A DNA stretch of 64,000 nt, taken from assembly GCA_963849325.1 (NCBI GenBank), contig CAWKHF010000004.1:320001-384000 (forward strand), in the 5' to 3' direction. The notes beneath the pieces are model-generated. The model saw nothing but the letters and a program-made list of their open reading frames with translations, was not told where the DNA came from and did no database searches. Below, one piece after another: positions 59,784 through 64,000 of this stretch; the stretch's first letter is position 1, and every line of letters begins with the position of its first letter. The position numbers were made by a program, and so were the translations under genes. This DNA comes from an uncultured Planctomycetota bacterium (GTDB lineage Bacteria > Planctomycetota > Planctomycetia > Gemmatales > Gemmataceae).

Positions 59784-62700
59784 TCAAGCCTTCCGGTTGA
59801 ATTCCGTCGGTTCGACTCCCCACCACTGGAGGACGTAGAAGAACACCGGCGTCAAGAAGATGCCGAACAGCGTCACGCCCAACATGCCGGCGAACACGGC
59901 GACGCCCAGCGAACGGCGCATCTCGGCGCCGGCGCCCTCGGCGACCACCAACGGCACGACGCCGAGGATGAACGCGAACGACGTCATGATGATCGGCCGC
60001 AGACGTAGCTTGCACGCTTCCACGGTCGCCGACCACGCTGGCACGCCGGATTCGTGCTGCTGCTTGGCGAATTCGACAATCAAGATGGCGTTTTTACTGG
60101 CCAGGCCCACCAGCACCACGAAGCCGATCTGCGTGAAGATGGTCACCTCCAGGTGGGCGATCTGTACGCCGAGCAGGGAGCAGAACAGGCACATGGGCAC
60201 GACCAGGATGACGGCCAAGGGCAGCTTCCAGCTCTCGTACTGGGCGGCCAGCACCAGAAAGACGAACACCACCGCCAGGGCGAAGAAATACATCGCGGTG
60301 TCGCCGGCCTGCAGTTGCAGGTAAGCCAGCTCCGTCCACTCGGCGACCATCGAGCGCGGCAATTCCTCGTCGGCGATCCGCTGCATCTGGGCGACCGCCT
60401 GCCCCGAGCTGACGCCGGGGGCGGCGTCGCCGGTGATGGCGATAGACGAGTACATGTTGTAGCGCAAGACCATCACCGGCCCGCTGGTGTCGCGCACGTC
60501 CAGCAGGGTGCCCAGGCGGATCATCTGTCCCTGGTTGTTGCGCACCTGAAGCCGGCGGACATCGGCAACGTCGCTGCGGAAGCCCGGCGCGGCCTGGATG
60601 TTGACCTGCCAGGTCCGGCCGAACTCGTTGAAGTTGTTGACGTAGTACGAGCCGAAGTAGACCTGCAAGGTATTGAAGACGTCGCTGACCTGCACGCCCA
60701 GGGCCATGCACTTGGTGCGGTCAATGTCCAGGTACAACGAGGGCGTGTCCGTGCCGGAGCTGTTGAACAGTCCCTGGACCTCCGGCGTGTCGGCGCCGTG
60801 CGAAACGATCGCCGTGCCGATCCGGCGCAGCTGCTCCGAACCGAGGTTGCCGCGATCCTCGACGATCAGCTTGAAGCCGCCGGTGTTGCCCAGACCGTCG
60901 ATCGGCGGCGCGCCGAACACGGACACGTTGGCGCCGCGCACCGCTCGGCAGCGCTCTTTCAGCGAAGCGGCGATGGCGTCAGCGCTCTGTTCGCGGCCGT
61001 GCCGCTGATCGAACGGCTTGAGCATAATGTACAGCGAGCCGAGGTTGGGCGCGTTGGCGTTGAGGATGAGAGATTGACCGGAGACGCCGACGGTATGCTC
61101 GACGCCGGGCGTCTCGCGGACCAGGGTGTCAATGCGAGCCATCATTCGTTGCGTGCGACCCACGGCGGCGGAGTCCGGCAACTGCACGTTGAGGATCAAA
61201 TAGCCCTTGTCCTGCTGCGGGATGAAGCCGCTGGGCGCGCGGGCGAATTGCCACCAGGTCATCGCCAGCAAACCGCCGTAAACCACCAGCACGATCAGGC
61301 TCAGACGCAGCACTCGGCCGACCGTCCAGCCATACAGGGTGGTCACGCGGTCGAAGAGACGGTTGAAGCCGCGAAACAGCCAGCCCAGCACGGCATTGAT
61401 CGGCCGGATGAACAACCAGCCGAAGAGCAAACCGGCCAGGGCGCCCGGCGTGAAGTAGATCGTCGAGATGGTCCACGTCAGCCAGGGGGGCGCCTCCTCG
61501 ACGTTGGCGACACCGAGCTGGGCATACAGGTCGAAACGGTCGTGGAGCAGGTCCGGCCCCAGCCAGGCGGTGGCGATCCCGCCGGCCACGCCGAAGATCC
61601 ACCACGGCAAGGCTTCCCGATGATGCGTGTGTTCCTTCCCGCTCGGATCGGACTTGAAGATGAGCACCGCCCGCGACGGCGTCATGGTGATGGCATTGAT
61701 GGCCGAGATTACCGTCGAAACCGCGATGGTCACGGCGAACTGGCGGAAGAATTGGCCGCTGACGCCGCCGAGGAAGCAGCACGGCAGGAACACCGAGGTC
61801 AAGACCAGCGTGATGGCCAGGACCGGGCCGGTGATCTCCTCCATGGCCTTGATGGTGGCCTCGCGCGGCTCGAGTCCGGTGGCGATCAAGCGCTCGATGT
61901 TTTCCAGGACCACAATGGCGTCATCGACGACGATGCCGATGGCCAGCACCAGGCCGAACAACGTCAGGTTGTTGAGCGTGAAACCCATCGCCGCCATGAT
62001 GGCGAAGGTGCCGATCAGCGACACGGGCACGTCGATCATCGGCAGGATCATGGCCCGCCAATCCTGCAAAAACAACAGCACGACGATGGCGACGAGGATC
62101 ACCGCGTCGCGCAGGGTGGCGAAGACCTCATGCACCGATTGGCGGATGAACGGCGTGGTGTCGTAAACGATCTGGTAATCCAGCCCCACGGGAAAGCGCG
62201 TTTTCAGCTCCTTCATCTTCGCTTTGACGCCGGCGGCGGTCTCCAGGGCGTTGGAGCCGGGCAGCTGGTAAATGGACAGGGCCACCGACGGTTGGCCGTC
62301 CAGGGTGCAGGACTGATCGTATTGCTGCGAGCCGCGTTCGACGCGGGCCACGTCGCGCAGACGGACGATGCCGGTGGACGCCAGCGTCGAGCTTTCCGGG
62401 ACGGAGGAGCTGCTCTGCGTCCCCAGCGGGTCCGAACTTTCCGAGCTGCTGGTGTCGGAGGAGGACGACGAACTGCTGCCGGTGGACGACTGGGCCAGTG
62501 GTTTGCCCGGCGTGGCCCTGAGAATGATGTCGGCGAACTCTTCCGGTTTGGAGAGCCGGCCACGAGTGTTGATGGTCAGCTGAAACTGCTGGCCGCGCGG
62601 CACCGGCTCCTGACCGATTTGCCCGGCGGCGACCTGGATGTTCTGCTGGGCGATGGCCGTCACCACGTCCATGGCGCTGAGGTTCATTGCTGCCAGTTTT

Positions 62701-63277
62701 TCGGGGTTGAGCCAGGGCGCAGACTGTAATCGCGTTGGCCGAGGTAGCTGATGCTGGCCACGCCGGGCAGACGGCCCAGTTCGTCCTTGACGTTGATGGT
62801 GGCGTAGTTGCTCAGGCCGATGTCGTTGTAGCTTCCGTCCGGCGAGATGAGGTTGACGATCATCAGCGTGTTGGGCGACATCTTCTTGACGTTGATGCCT
62901 TCACTCTGCACCAGGGCGGGAATGACCGGCAGCGCCAGCGACACGCGGTTCTGCACCAACACCTGCGCCATGTCCGAATCGGTGCCGAGCTTGAAGGTCA
63001 CGGTCAGCGCATATTTGCCGTCGTTGGTACACTGCGACGACATGTACACCATGCCCTCGACGCCGCTGACCTGCTCCTCGACCGGCGCCGCCACGGTGTC
63101 GCGCACGGTCTGGGCGCTGGCCCCCGGATAAAAGGCGGTCACCTGCACCGTCGGCGGCGTCACCTCGGGGTACTGCGCCACCGGCAGCGTGAACACGGCC
63201 ACGCCCCCCGCCAACACGAACACGACCGAGATGACCGTGGCGAAAATCGGCCGATCGATGAAGAAACGTGAAATCAC
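59784..63277 (-). CDS. HAE1-family RND efflux permease (frameshift ~62700)
   Basis: FFIDRPIFA, LPVAQYPEV, GIVVDDAIVVLEN, GLASKNAILIVEFA, RLRPIIMTS. Confidence 0.93.
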
Positions 63278-63286
63278 GTTCGAGCC

Positions 63287-64000
63287 TCAAGTTTTCCGCC
63301 GCAGCTGCCTGCCCAGGAGTAGAGTCAGCACCCACGGAATACCCAGGGTCAGAATGCCGACGCCGAACAACAGCACCGTGCCGATCCGGCGCATGCGCGG
63401 CGAGGCGAACAACGGCGCTTCGCTCGACCGCTGGATCACGTAGAAGAACACCGGCGTCAGGAAGATACCGAACAACGTCACGCCCAACATGCCGCTGAAG
63501 ACGGCGACGCCCAGCGAGCGGCGCATCTCGGCGCCGGCGCCGACGGCGACGGCCAGCGGGACCACACCGAGGATGAAGGCGAACGACGTCATCAGGATCG
63601 GCCGCAAACGCAGCCGCGACGCCCGCAGCGTCGCCTCGAAGCACGACAAACCTTCCTCGTGCAGCTGTTGGGCGTACTCCACGACGAGGATGGCGTTCTT
63701 GCACGCCAGACCGACCAGCACCACCAGACCGATCTGTACGAAGATATTGACGTCGCGGTGCGTGAACAGCACGCCGGATACCGAGCACAGCAGGCACAGA
63801 GGCACCACCAGGATGACGGCCAACGGCAACGCCCAGCTCTCGTACAGCGCCGACAGGGCCAGAAACACGCACACCACCGACAGCAGGAAAACGTACATGG
63901 CGCTGTTGCCGGCGAGCTTCTGGAGAAACATCAGTTCGGTCCAGTCCGGTTTCATGGAGATCGGCAGCGTCTCCAGGGCCAGGCGATCGATTTCCTGGAT
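63287..64000 (-). CDS. HAE1-family RND efflux permease, C-terminal part (5' end outside the window)
   Basis: ALYESW, GLACKNAILVVEYA, RLRPILMTSFAFILG. Confidence 0.9.
   Translation of the reverse strand: MQEIDRLALETLPISMKPDWTELMFLQKLAGNSAMYVFLLSVVCVFLALSALYESWALPLAVILVVPLCLLCSVSGVLFTHRDVNIFVQIGLVVLVGLACKNAILVVEYAQQLHEEGLSCFEATLRASRLRLRPILMTSFAFILGVVPLAVAVGAGAEMRRSLGVAVFSGMLGVTLFGIFLTPVFFYVIQRSSEAPLFASPRMRRIGTVLLFGVGILTLGIPWVLTLLLGRQLRRKT

Overview
High-GC bacterial chromosome segment, almost certainly from a planctomycete and probably Gemmataceae-like. The markers are DUF1559, DUF1549/1553, DUF1501, TIGR03000 and LEPR-XLL proteins and a 23S-5S unit with no adjacent 16S. Many genes, including essential serS, carry single-base frameshifts that look like long-read consensus errors. 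Housekeeping content: a topo IV-like type II topoisomerase pair (A before B), thiE, tRNA-Ile, tRNA-Ala, 23S, 5S, surE, uvrC, serS, an aldehyde dehydrogenase, hemF, glyA and two RND pumps. Main leads: (1) a complete ribosome-stalling attenuator layout in front of tRNA-Ile(GAU)/tRNA-Ala, with promoter, RBS, a 12-codon leader carrying ATC Ile codons, an antiterminator and an overlapping terminator; (2) an HNH endonuclease wedged between the two tRNAs and ending inside tRNA-Ala; (3) an ECF sigma factor followed by a zinc anti-sigma domain fused to a thioester alpha-2-macroglobulin, divergent from a ~2400-aa membrane protein; (4) a JAB-domain/immunity-like pair and a decayed TA module between the topoisomerase subunits; (5) a 201-bp MITE with 19-bp TIRs and a CTTAG duplication just upstream of hemF. 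All family calls come from motif recognition by eye, not database searches.
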